Assembly (NCBI GenBank): GCA_030704615.1
Contig: CM060733.1
Location: 22,816,001-22,880,000, forward strand
Length of the DNA stretch: 64,000 nt
Source: Takakia lepidozioides
Taxonomy: Eukaryota; Plantae; Bryophyta
Direction of reading: 5' to 3'
The notes under the pieces were generated by a model, which saw only the letters and a list, made by a program, of their open reading frames with translations, was not told the DNA's origin and ran no database searches. This document shows positions 26,256-37,708 of this stretch, piece by piece. The first letter of the stretch is position 1. Every line of letters starts with the position of its first letter. Made by a program: the position numbers and the translations under genes.

Positions 26256-27430
26256 CCTGGGGGGTGCACTCCTCATTAAATGTACCAGCCACGTGCGTGC
26301 ACAGGAGGGGGTATTTTAAACCCCCCCATGTACAACATTATACATACATTGTGGGAGCATTGAGGATGCGGAGGGAGTGTTCAACACTATGGCTGAACGA
26401 GGTGGTGTCGAGGAACACGATTCATCCAAGAGGTCGATTTTAAACACAAGATTACTTCTGATTCCCTGCGGATCAATTCAATCCCCAGCATACTCCAATC
26501 CGTATGTAGCTGGAAAGGCCGCCCCCCAATAGGCCGCCTCAGAATAGGTGTAGAAGTCAATCGAGCCTTGAGTTCCTCAAAGGCTTCCTCTTGCTCCTCC
26601 TCCCATTGCCACTCCTGACCCACCTTGGTCAACTTGGTAAGAACCTTTGCAATGCTGCTAAATCCCTTGACAAACCGTCGATAGTAGTTTGCCAATCCCA
26701 TGAAAGCACGAACTCTGCTAACATCGATGGGGCGTGGAATGCGTGCAATGGCCTCCACCTTCGTCTTTTGAACACCTAATCCTCGAGGGTATATCATGTG
26801 GCCCAGATACTCAATCTGGTTGTGGAAGAACTTGCACTTCCCAGGGTGCAATTTCAACCCATGCGCTCTCAAGCGCTCAAACACCACCTGAAGGTGTCTC
26901 TCATGCTCCTCGACCGTAGCACTAAAGACGATGATGTCATCAATGTAACACCGGGCGAAGTCTAGCCCCGCGAGAATCTTATCCATGACCCTCTGAAACT
27001 CTGCAGGAGCATTCTTCAACCCAAACGGTAAGAACCGCCATTGGTACAAACAATCCTTCTTATGTTAGTCAATCCCCCAGAATGCCGTCTTTTGCTTGTC
27101 AGCCTCTTTGATTGGCAACTGGTGGTAACCCCTGGGAGGGTGCACTCTTTATAAAATATCCGTATCACGTGCGTTCGCCGCCTAATAAAAAAAACCCATG
27201 TATACGGGTCTTTGGATCATTTATACCCCTCTGTACATACATTTTGAAGATTATAAAACCCCCTTCTGTAAATATATAGAAATTTGTAATTTTAAAAAAG
27301 TACCGCCTTCTGTATGTATATTTTCCTTTTCAATAATTAAAAAATACCCTCAAATATGTATATGCATGTTTTTATATTATATCAAGTTTATTTATTTAAA
27401 AATAGAATAAAATCTAATAAATTAATTTAA
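26256..27430. mobile_element. Remains of a small DNA transposon (terminus CCTGGG(G/A)GGGTGCACTC, 8-bp TSD GGTTACCA), split by an inversion
   Basis: TSD at 26248-26255 with terminus from 26256; reverse-complement TSD at 27123-27130 with second terminus from 27131. Confidence 0.7.
26480..27130 (-). pseudogene. Ty3/Gypsy reverse transcriptase 3' half and start of RNase H (inverted relative to the 5' half)
   Basis: GYHQLPIKEADKQKTAFW..LPFGLKNAPAEFQRVMD..YIDD..FMGLANYYRRF..FQLHTDWS. Confidence 0.92.
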
Positions 27431-27825
27431 CAAATCTGTTTGCCCTCGATAAAACTTGCTGTGGAATCTCACTTTGAACAATAATCAGATGCAGAGAGGA
27501 AAGGGACATTGTCAATGCCCGATGTGCAAGAGGCCTGAAGAAAATTTCCATTTTCTGATATACAGTCCTGGGTATTTTCATCAGAGAGTGACCCTCTTGA
27601 AGACCATCAAGACCTAGTCACTGCACCTCTGTTCATCAACTAGGACAGTTTCTGAACTTGTTCTACAGTTTCAACCTTCGCAAGGTCCAATTATGTTCAA
27701 AACCTACTATTGAGAATTCCTCTCCAAAAAGAGATTTCGTGCGCCTTTGTTGCCACTGTTGGAGTCCAACCTGACTCGCAGCTGACAGAGTTCAATACAT
27801 TCAATTAGGTGACAAACATTTCATT

Positions 27826-28902
27826 TCACCAATACTCCCCACAAGAACAAACACCATTTTGGAAGTGGTGAAAGCGGTTTGCATCCCGTACAACAATCTC
27901 TTGCTTAGCTATCTTTGAGATAAATTTGGTGGCTGTGTGGCAATCACCACACATCCGAAGATTCCTGATGATCCCCAAAGACATCCCAGAGGGTGTGTTG
28001 ATAAGCCCAAAAACAATGGCCAGCTTCTCATTGTGGTGGCAAAGAGACGATTCTTTAAGCTCTTCCTCAACATCATGCAATGCAAAGCGGGCTTCACCCC
28101 TTCGTGCATCATTTGCTCATAGGTCTCCAAAGCCTCCATCCCGCGCCTTTGCTGTGCATATCCTGCAATCATCGCACTCCACGATAACACATCTCATTCA
28201 GCCATACTGTCGAACACTCCCTTCATACATGTCCACGAGGGTATTGTTCAGAATGACATTTGATACAATTGCAAATCTGACAATGTCGCCATGGACCTCT
28301 TTGCCCTTTTCCAGAGCTGACAGGCTTGCACACGCATTGCAAATGTACACAAACGTGATGTGGTCGGGCTTCACCCCTTCCCCCATCATTTGATCATAGG
28401 TCTCCAAAGCCTCCATACCACGTCCCTGATGTGCATACCCTGCAAGCACCGCACTCCACGACACCACACCTCGTTCAACCATGGAAACTCCCTTCGCATC
28501 CTTAATGCACCCACATTTGGCATACATGTCCACCAGGGGAGTGTTCAGAATGACATCTGGTACAATCCCAGCTTTGACAATGTCACCATGGACCTCTTTC
28601 CCCTTCTCCAGAGCTCGCAGGCTTGGACACGCATTGCATCCTGCCAGCATTATATTCCACGTGATCAAAGATCGTTGAGGCATTCTATTGAATACTTGGT
28701 GAGCATAAATGATGCTCCCGCACAAAACATACATGTTGACAAGGGTGTTGAGTAGAAAAACATTGTGGACTCCCTCCCTTGATCCTCTTTCAGAAGGTGT
28801 GGTCATGGTTGAGGTGCCTAATTTTATCAACTGTGCCGCTGCAGCTGCTGCCTTTAGTTGACCATCTACCCATGCAGGTTTCTTGTAGCTACTGACCCCC
28901 AC
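27826..28902 (-). pseudogene. PLS-class PPR protein with DYW domain, internally deleted and frameshifted
   Basis: NTLVNMY..CG; VVSWSAVLAGYAHQGRGMEAL..GVKPDHITFV..LEKGKEVH; [42 protein letters not shown]. Confidence 0.9.
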
Positions 28903-29078
28903 ATGGAATCAAGGTAATCTGGAGCTTGAAGTCCAGCCCTCTTGGATGAATCCGGACCCACACTCTATCCATGCTCATTCAGGAAAAAACAGGGAAAAAT
29001 TTTGATAACAGGGAAAAACAGGCTGAAATGTGTTGAAGAAGGTACCTTCATTAGCAGCGCCTTGTTCTATCAAATGAT

Positions 29079-30141
29079 TTGGGCTATCGTTGGAGTCTTG
29101 ACTTCGCAGGCCCATTGCCATTGACGATTCGTCATAACAAGTATGTGCTGGTGATGGTGGAACACTTTTCCAAATGGATTGAATTGGTGGCATTGCCTGA
29201 CATGGCAAGTGAGGGGGTTACGTATGCATTCTTAGATCGAGTGTTTAGCCATTTTGGTGCTCCAGCCGAGGTACTCACGGACCAGAGGAGAGAGTTCTTG
29301 GGGGAGTTTTAGGCTTTGTGTGAGCAAGCCTTGATAGATCACCGCACTACTTCTCGGGATCATCCCGAGGCTGATGGCTTGGCGGATAAAGTTGTTCAGA
29401 CAGTCAAGAGAAGTTTGCGTAAGTACGGTTTGCGGACACCTAGGAGATTGGGACCTTCAGCTGCCTTGGCTAGCTATGGGCTATAGGTTCAGCAAACAAG
29501 CTTCACTTGCCGCCTTCTCACCTTACTTTCTTCTCTTCGGCCGAGAGCCGGATTTACCTGCATCTATTCGCAGGGAGGCTGTAGTAGTTCTCAACCTTGA
29601 TGATCCGGATGTGTGGACACAAGCATGTGCTCAGCGGGCAGAGTTGTTCAAGAGAGTCATGCCTGTGGCTTTTGAGAACCTTGCTATTGCCCAACACCGA
29701 GACACATCGAGGTACGCCAATATACATGGAGGGGGATATCGGCCAAGTGTTCGGCGTTTCCACCTTGGGAACTATGTGTATTTGCAGCAGACAGTGCCTA
29801 CGACCTTGGATGTCATAGCAGGACGTGTGATTCTAAGGGTCAGGGAGGTGTTGCCTTCAGGAGTGTTGATTCTGGAGGGTCGAGACGACATGGTATGGAA
29901 GGACCATGTGCGCAATTGTGCGCCATGTCACCTTCCACATGTGGATGAGAGGATAGATCCCAACCTTGCAGTGGTACCTGTAGGGTTGCGTTGCATGCTA
30001 TGTGGGCATGCTGGTGGCGCCGCAACCATGTTGGTGTGTGACAAATGCTCAAGGGGGTGGCACATGGGATGCTTGACACCGCCACTTGAGGAGGTTCCTA
30101 TCGGAGAATGGTTGTGTCCACGATGCTTTGGACAGAGGTAG
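29079..30141 (+). pseudogene. Ty3/Gypsy integrase with C-terminal PHD finger (contains a stop and frameshifts)
   Basis: RWSLDFAGPLP..YVLVMVEHFSKW..VLTDQ..EF; FSPYFLLFGR; CMLC..MLVCDKCSRGWHMGCLTPPLEEVPIGEWLCPRC (C4HC3). Confidence 0.88.
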
Positions 30142-30334
30142 TGGGTATGACAATGGTGAGGCGGACAAGTGATTCAAGGTTTAGCTAGTGGGGCTTCAAT
30201 GTCATGGATACTCGACTGAAGATCATGGATTGCATGAAGGCGACTAACGATGGGGCTACGTTTGCACCCGACCTCTTGATCTATCGACTTCAGGTGTTGG
30301 GACTTGTGCGATTGAAGACCAAATGACCCTCTCA

Positions 30335-31450
30335 CAGGTCCTGGACTAATATGAGATCAATCCAAAATTCATTCGATGGCTGAATGGATGGTTGCCCATC
30401 CGAACGATTTTGGTTCGCTTTCAGACTTTGTCAGTGTGCTCAATATACCATCTAAGAGGTCCAGAGTAATATGAGATGAAACGAAATTCGTCCAATGGGC
30501 CAATGGTTGGTTGCCTATCCAAATGATTTCGTTCGCTTCGAGACTTGGCCAGTATGTCCAATGTACCATCTGATAGGTCCCAGAGTAATATGAGATCAAT
30601 CGAAATTCGTTCAATGGGGCCAATGAGGCGTTCACGTGTCATCCTATTTTGATCATTGCGAAAAAGAAATCTTGTCGTGGGTGAACGACCAATACACCCA
30701 TTGAACGGATGAGGTTGAGACCCATCTTTTGCCCGCATGTGCTTGAATATGTGTGCAACACATATGCGGAGAAACAAGATAAACAACAAACATTTGTCTC
30801 CCCAACAATGCCCTCGCCCTTCCACTAATTTGTAATTAAGTTGCGTTTAAATGAATTTCAAGCAAATAAATAGGTTTACATTGTCTTTGATTGGGGTTTC
30901 CTGCTACGTAACGGTTTTATTTTTGGCTCAATCTTGTTCTCTGGTTTCAACCCTCCCACCGCTACATCCCTACAAAAAATTGGACCAAACAAAAATGATT
31001 TAAAAAAAAAATGTTCTTTTCGCTCACTATTGCAAAACTCTCCATGAAGAGTGCATGAAGTAGAAAACAAATCAAAGTTTGGAGTGCAAATTAGGGAAGA
31101 AACTGTGATTTTGGGTCCTAATGACTTTTGTTCGCTATGAAATTTGATACGCACGTTGCATATGCCGTCATTAGACATATGGCTACAAAACGGAATGAAA
31201 AAAAAATCATGTGCACCCGAAACGTCGTCCAACAGGTCCTAGAGTAATAGCATATCAAACGAAATTCATCCAACGGTTGAACGGATGGTTACCCATCCAA
31301 ATCATTTTTGTTTGTTTTCAAACTTTGCCAGTACGTTTGGTACATCCTCTCACAGGTTCGGGACTAATATGAGATCAATCAAAATTCCTTTGATGGCTGA
31401 ACGGATGGTTGCCCATCTGAACGATTTTGGTTCGCTTCGAGACTTGGCCA
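30335..31450. repeat. ~113-bp repeat family (CAGGTCC..AATATGAGATCAA..GGATGGTTGCCCATCC), about 5 copies in two clusters
   Basis: Copies at about 30335, 30457, 30575, 31233 and 31353. Confidence 0.8.
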
Positions 31451-31476
31451 ATATTAAAAAATAAATAAAAAAAATA

Positions 31477-31805
31477 GCGACCAACATTACTGGCAGTCGT
31501 AGCATTTTCAGAAATTAAAAATATACAAGCGACCACCAGTAATGGCGGTCGCTCTATTTTTTAAAAAAAAAAAAAAAAAAAAAACAACTGCCATAACTGG
31601 CATTCGTAGCATTTTTTGAAATTAAAATATACAAGCGACCGCCAAAAAATGGCTGTCGCTCTATTTTTTTTTTTAAAAAAAAAAGCAACCACCAATAATG
31701 GCGGTCTCTCTATTTTTGTTTAAAAAAAAAATGCGACCGCCATTACTGGCACTCGCTGCATTTTCAGAAATTAAAAATATTCAAGCGACCGCCAGTAATG
31801 GCAAT
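31477..31805. repeat. AGCGACC(R)CCA/TGGCGGTCGCT repeats separated by A/T tracts (CACTA-type sub-terminal pattern)
   Basis: Alternating direct and inverted copies. Confidence 0.6.
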
Positions 31806-31969
31806 GAGTCAATTTTCTTTTTTTAAATGACCACCAACGAGTACTCTCGCAAACCTGCAAAGAAGCCAGAGTGTAGAACACCATCCGTTCATTTCATAAC
31901 TTGAGCTCTTGGGTCCTTGCCAAATGTTAGTGTAACAATCAAAGTGGTTGCGGAGAAGTTTCGGTCCAG

Positions 31970-32792
31970 AGCCCTCTTCAAATCTATTTGCAGGTTTGTG
32001 CCTATTCCCCACCTACCAACTTCAAAAATCTCGAGGCTGGGCCAAGGCTCAACCCCTATTTACCAACTTTGTAAATCTGAACGCTAAGCCATAGGCCCAT
32101 TCAGGTCAATCTTGGCTGTAAACTGAATGTAAACTCCAAGTGGGAAGCCTACATTTGGACAGCAAACAAAAGTAGAGAGGAAAAGTGGATTGCCAATGCC
32201 CATGGTGTGGGCAACTTGAAGACAAATTTATTATTTATTTCCTGATTTTCTGTCCTAGGTATTCCCACAAGGAGATGCCCTCTTCAAATCCATTTGCAGG
32301 TTTGTGCCTATACCCTATCTACCAACTTCAGAAATCTCGAGGCTAAGCCGAGGCTCAACCCCGGCCCTCTTTCACACTCTCGGCACTAGACTGAATTTAA
32401 ACTTAGGACAGGAAGCCTACCTTTCAGCAGCAAATAGAATCAGAGAGGAAGGGGGATCGCAAATTCCCGTGAGAATCCATTCAGGGAATTGTTCATGTGC
32501 CCCTATTTACCAACTTTGTAAATCTGAAGGCTAAGCCAAAAGCCCAGGCCCATTCAGGTCAATCTTGGTTGTATATTGAATGTAAACTCCAAGCGGGAAG
32601 CTGCATTTGGACAACAAACAGAAGTAGAGAGGAAAAGTGGATTGCCAATGCCTGTGGTGTGGGCAACCTGAAGACATTAATATTCATATCCTAATTTAAT
32701 GTCCTAGGTATTCTCACAAGGGAGACGCCTTCTTCAAATCCATTTGCAGGTTTGTGCCTATAATACGCTATCTACCAACTTCAAAAATCTCG
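31970..32792. repeat. Tandemly duplicated LINE-tail-derived segments
   Basis: CTTCAAATC(C/T)ATTTGCAGGTTTGTGCCTA at about 31976, 32283 and 32733; similar to 19900-20160. Confidence 0.65.
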
Positions 32793-33720
32793 AACAAAAG
32801 GTCCAGTGAGTAAGCTTACCGCATTGGCCTGGTTGAAAAGGGCTAATTCACGGGGCTCCACAATTGGTTGCTTGTGTTTACAGATTCGCTCCCACACATG
32901 AGGTTTACTATTTCATGAGCAGAAACCATGAGCCATGAGCCATGAGCCGCATGAGCGGTGAGCCGAAGTCTAAGACATGCGGATTTCATGAGCGGACTCC
33001 TCCAAATTTGGAAATGCGACAGATTAAACAAGTATTAAAATAATAGTTTTATATTTGACCTTGCCGTTTTTGGAAGTTACGGATCCTGTAATGCGGCGAA
33101 GATATGTCGTCAGTAACAACTCCGCTCATGGTTTTTTAGATCCGCTCATGGAAATGAATGACCGTGCAACGAGAAATCCAGTATACCACGGCAAAAGGAC
33201 GTCGCATACTGGCCTGTATAGAGTATTCCGCGGTTTTACATGCCTTAACATTGGAATGAAGCTGACCCTTTTGCCGCGACTGAACCAATAGAGTCTGCAC
33301 AATTCTGTCATCTTCCAGTATTCGGCGGGAAAGTTTTGCAAGTGAACTAGGAAATGCGGTGCCGCATTAGGGTTCGCACGTGCGAAATTTCTGGGCGGTT
33401 TGGTGTTGCTGACTGCCGCATCTAGCAGTACCTACGACGTTACTTGGAAATGCGGTTCCGCATTTCCTTGTCGGGGGTCGAATGAGGAAAGCAAAGTTTG
33501 GGAGAGCAGAAAAACAGGAACCCTCCAACACACAAAAATACATGCACGTGGAAACACGAGTGAATGACATAGTATTATCGACGTTCGAGCAAAACAGGTT
33601 ACTGGTAGGCAAGACATAAGTCGGACCTTTCTGTGGCCAGAGTCGGAGCTACTTGCAGCAGTACAGTTCTACTATCCGAAAAGGATGGGTGTACCATTGT
33701 GTTGGGACCGCAAGCCAAGG

Positions 33721-36700
33721 TCACTGGTCCCCTGGATCCATACTCAGAAGAGTGTGCACCTCTTGGGGGCTCAACCCTGGTGCATGTATGAAGTGATGAG
33801 TTGTGGAATTACACCGGAGTCTCTTTAGGTACACGTAGTACAGATGCTTGCAAGGGCAGTATGATGCCCCCTTGTTCGCCATGATCTGAAAGTCGATGCA
33901 ATTGCAGGTGGGTAATTCTGAAATGGTGATGGTGTACACCTCATTGCGAACAGCTGAGCCTGCCGTGGCCATCTGATACACACGCCCGAAGCCTGGTGGG
34001 GGCACTTCTGTCGAGCTCTGGATTGTACAATTCATCCGAAGTGCATTCCCCATCCTTGTCTCGTTCACTTTTGAGGGAGGTCGCCGCCTCTTCGGTTTCC
34101 CCCAATGGTGTGTAGGATGCTTAGAGCTGTCGGGTCCCATTGTTCTTGCTCCCACAGGGGTCGGTGGTGGAGGCTGTGGAAGCGGAAATGGTTGTCTGGG
34201 GACGTCAGTGCGTTGCACCATCCAAAATCCTGCGGCGGTAAGGGCGTCGGCCTCAACCTGACTCAGATCGCAGCCTGGTTCCACCGGCCACACCGGGGGA
34301 GCCTCTGGCATTGTTTGTATGCCGTACTTGGGCTTTCCATACACGCAAGTCATAATGTCGTGCCTGCAGAACCAGAACTGGGTGGTTGTCGCCTCCGCAA
34401 ACTTTGCATGGACAAATCTTCCTGTAAAAGTAGGAGCAGGGACAGCACCATCTGGATTCCTCCTTATCATCTCTAAACAACGTTGCCGTGTATCCACTCG
34501 AATTGCGGAACACCTGCCACGAAACGACGGCTTTGTGCGAGCAATTCTCCATTGTGACGCAGACACAGTCGTCTCCACAATGGCTTGGCCATACTGCATA
34601 ACAGGGGGCGGAATCTGGGGCAAGCGAGCGGTGGGAATTTCTCGCACGGAATCCCCGCTTGAAGGCGATGACGATCTGGAATTTCTTGGGCTTCCACTGC
34701 TGAAAGACACATTGTGCGGCAACATGACGGGCCCTCGAGGTGCTGTCCGAATGTTCCTGTCGGATCTCCAGGAATCCTCTTCGCACCCGGGCTCCTCTTC
34801 AATCCTCCGCCTCACAGGGCGAGTACGGACGTCCCCCTCTAGGTGCTCACCTCTGCGGTGCAGAGGCGTCCCTTTGATCTTCTCTCGCAATGCTGTCGCC
34901 CATTTCAGTGGATTCTTCGACCTCGAAGCTGTTCGCACCAACAATTCCTCCCTGTCCGGCCCAAAGCCCCATTGTTTCCCGCTCAGGAACTTGTAGTACG
35001 TGGCTTGCTGCATGATTGCTCTGTCGATGTCCTCCGTTGTGGCCATCACTACGTCCACCAGATGTACGGCAGAAGACGCTCGCCAGGAGCAGTGCACTGA
35101 TTCTGCCATATTCGTGTTCGGCATGTCCGTGTCGGAATCCAAGCACCGCTCCTACAAGGACATAGACAATGGTGAGGAACCAATGGAAAGGTCCGTAATA
35201 GAAAGACAATTGCACGAAAATGACAGCATCATACCTCCCGCATGTACTGTCCGAACTGTCGATATCGGAAATGCCACCACCCCAACCAGCTGTGCAAGGC
35301 TCCCAGATTGGTTGTCTCCACTGCACCTGACGTGTTCCACCAAGCCTCGATGATAGCAAACTTAACCTCCGCGTCATCAAATGTGGGTGCATCCTTCCAC
35401 GCCGTACAAAGGACACGATGTTCAGCCTGGAATGAGCTAGCAACAAATTTGGTAGTGTAGTGGGATAGACTCTGCATCCAATGGAATCCACAGGATCTCT
35501 GTTTCCCCTCCATTGGCACATTGGGTCCTCACCGTACACACGCCGCACCGCTGCCCAGTTGGCCTGAGCGTTGTCTGCCATGAATCCCCTGAAATTGGGC
35601 TCTGGCAATCCTGCCCTTGCCATCTGCTCGTTTATGCCCTCCCATAGATGCATCTCCGACTGTGTGTCCTCCCCTTTCATCTCGCAGATTGCAATCGTCA
35701 TGAGCCTCTTGGAGTGATAGTCATAAACATGCGCACCCATAGTCACCCACTGATGGTTTGTAATTCGCTTGATGTGATCAAACATCACCCAAGCATTCGA
35801 CAGGTTTCCAGTTGTCATGCGAGTGACCAAGTCGACTCCAGTCCTAGGCCCACACGTCGACATTTTAAAAATGTAACAACGATCGGATTCGCTGCCTTGC
35901 CCTGGAAACCTGCTACCTTGGATGTAGTCATATCCAGTCATTCGTTTCACCTCCAGGATTGAGTGCATGTCCGACCCCCGGCCGAACTCCTGCTTGCAAG
36001 ATACGATGTGATTCCGCACATTCGGACTACAAACGTGCGAGACGGACTCCAACAGGTCAAGCATCTCCTCTTCGTTCAAGGGCACTCGGTCTGAACCATC
36101 TTCAGACATGATTTTGCCTAGAACAATCTTGTGGGCTGCCTTCAGCTGAATCTGCTTTGGTCTGGCACCGGGGCTCAATTTCACCTCCTCTTTTATGATG
36201 TCGTGTGCTTCCTGCACAGCCTCACGCATGTTGCCTCTCGCCAAGGGGTGGCAGTGGACCCCAACGTGTATGCAAGCTCTAGTCAAGTCCGGGAGCAAAT
36301 GGATAACGTAATATTGCTTGGCTCTGCACATGGACATGCACGTCGGTGGTTCTTTGCAATGTGCGCACTTGAAAGTACCCGCAGGAGCTTGGCTGGAGAC
36401 AATGAATGGATGATGCGTTGTGCCAGTCCAATCCGTCTCGTTTCTCCGCCCTCCTTTGGAAAGAAAGTGGAAGCGGGAGGGATTCAGGCACCTCAGCTTC
36501 CCCGCACAAAGGACGTATCGTACACGAACACCATCAGCAATTTTCGTGCTACTGGTCTTCGTCACACACCAGGGGTGTCCGTCATGCTTTCGATCCATGT
36601 CTGTTAACATCCCTGAGGCTTTGTTTGAGGAAGTAACAGGTGGAAACTCGAAGATGACATTGCCATCGACTTCGGGAGGCAGATACGTTACCTTCCTGAC

Positions 36701-37326
36701 CGGAAATTTGGCATAGTCGAGAGCAGCCAGCTCGGAGCGAGAACCATCGAGGTGATGTTGCCGTAGGAGCTGCACAATGGACCGGGTTGGGTTATGCTCG
36801 AGAGTACATGCGTAGCACCTGCAGAGACGTCCATCTCGGATTTGAACGACCGTGTGGAGGACATGGGGACCTCAATGCACTCATCTTCATCGTCGGAAAT
36901 GTCGAATACGTCCACACGAGAAGCTATGGAGGGTCTTGACGGTCCAGGTCGGGAATGATTATCGTTGCATACCTCTCTGTTGGCAGTGGCCACCTGTCGG
37001 TTTCCGGACTCCTTTGTGGATGGTGTGGGCAGCGACTGATTCGGAAAGGGAATGGGCATTCCCACAGCTCGCTACAGGATGGTGTCTGATGGGGGTACGT
37101 GCCATTCGATTCCGCAACCTCCGTCGTTACCTAGCACGACAATGGTCTCGTCAACCTGTCCAGGAACATCATTCCTTTCTTCTTCCAAATAAACTGTGCC
37201 CGGTTTGAGCTTGAATTTGGAACAAAGATAAGTTTCGGTCACTCTGCAAAGTCCTCCCTCGTTTGGGATCCAGGCTCTCTCAAGTTGCGGAGGACAACAA
37301 ACTATAGCGTAGGAATTCGGAGCCAT
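33721..37326 (-). pseudogene. MULE transposase (GCM-like + DDE + SWIM); intron 35152-35234; stop at about 37072 and frameshifts at about 36780 and 35520
   Basis: HPWCVTK..CAGKLRCLNP..CAHC..C..HVGVHCHP; WVMFDH; FRGFMADNAQA; RSCGFHW; NTNMAES; PTCNCIDF..CPCKH. Same intron position (YMRE|E) as element A. Confidence 0.9.
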
Positions 37327-37708
37327 CGAAGACCGCACGAAGTTGGCAAGTGCGAGGTTCAGTATAGCGACAGACGAAGGCTCACAGGCACCATGCGGAG
37401 TCCATCGACGATTGGAAGTCGCACATTGAAGTGGAAAGTATAGTTTCAAGCTACATGCATGAAGGTGGGAGGTGTGATTCCATAGCCAGTAAGTTAGACA
37501 ATGATGGCCGAATCGGCGACGAAATAACATCTCCTGACAGTTTCTCCTAAGGGTGGATCCAGCAGTATTCTCGGTACAGACAGGAGCGTTCGCACTAACA
37601 AGTGCCAGGACTGTTAGTTAAAACGGTCAGACAACCAAGTTGTGCTCATCAAGACTGGCCGCAATTCTGTTGTTTCGGAACAATGCAACCCATTCAGGTT
37701 CAGCATGC

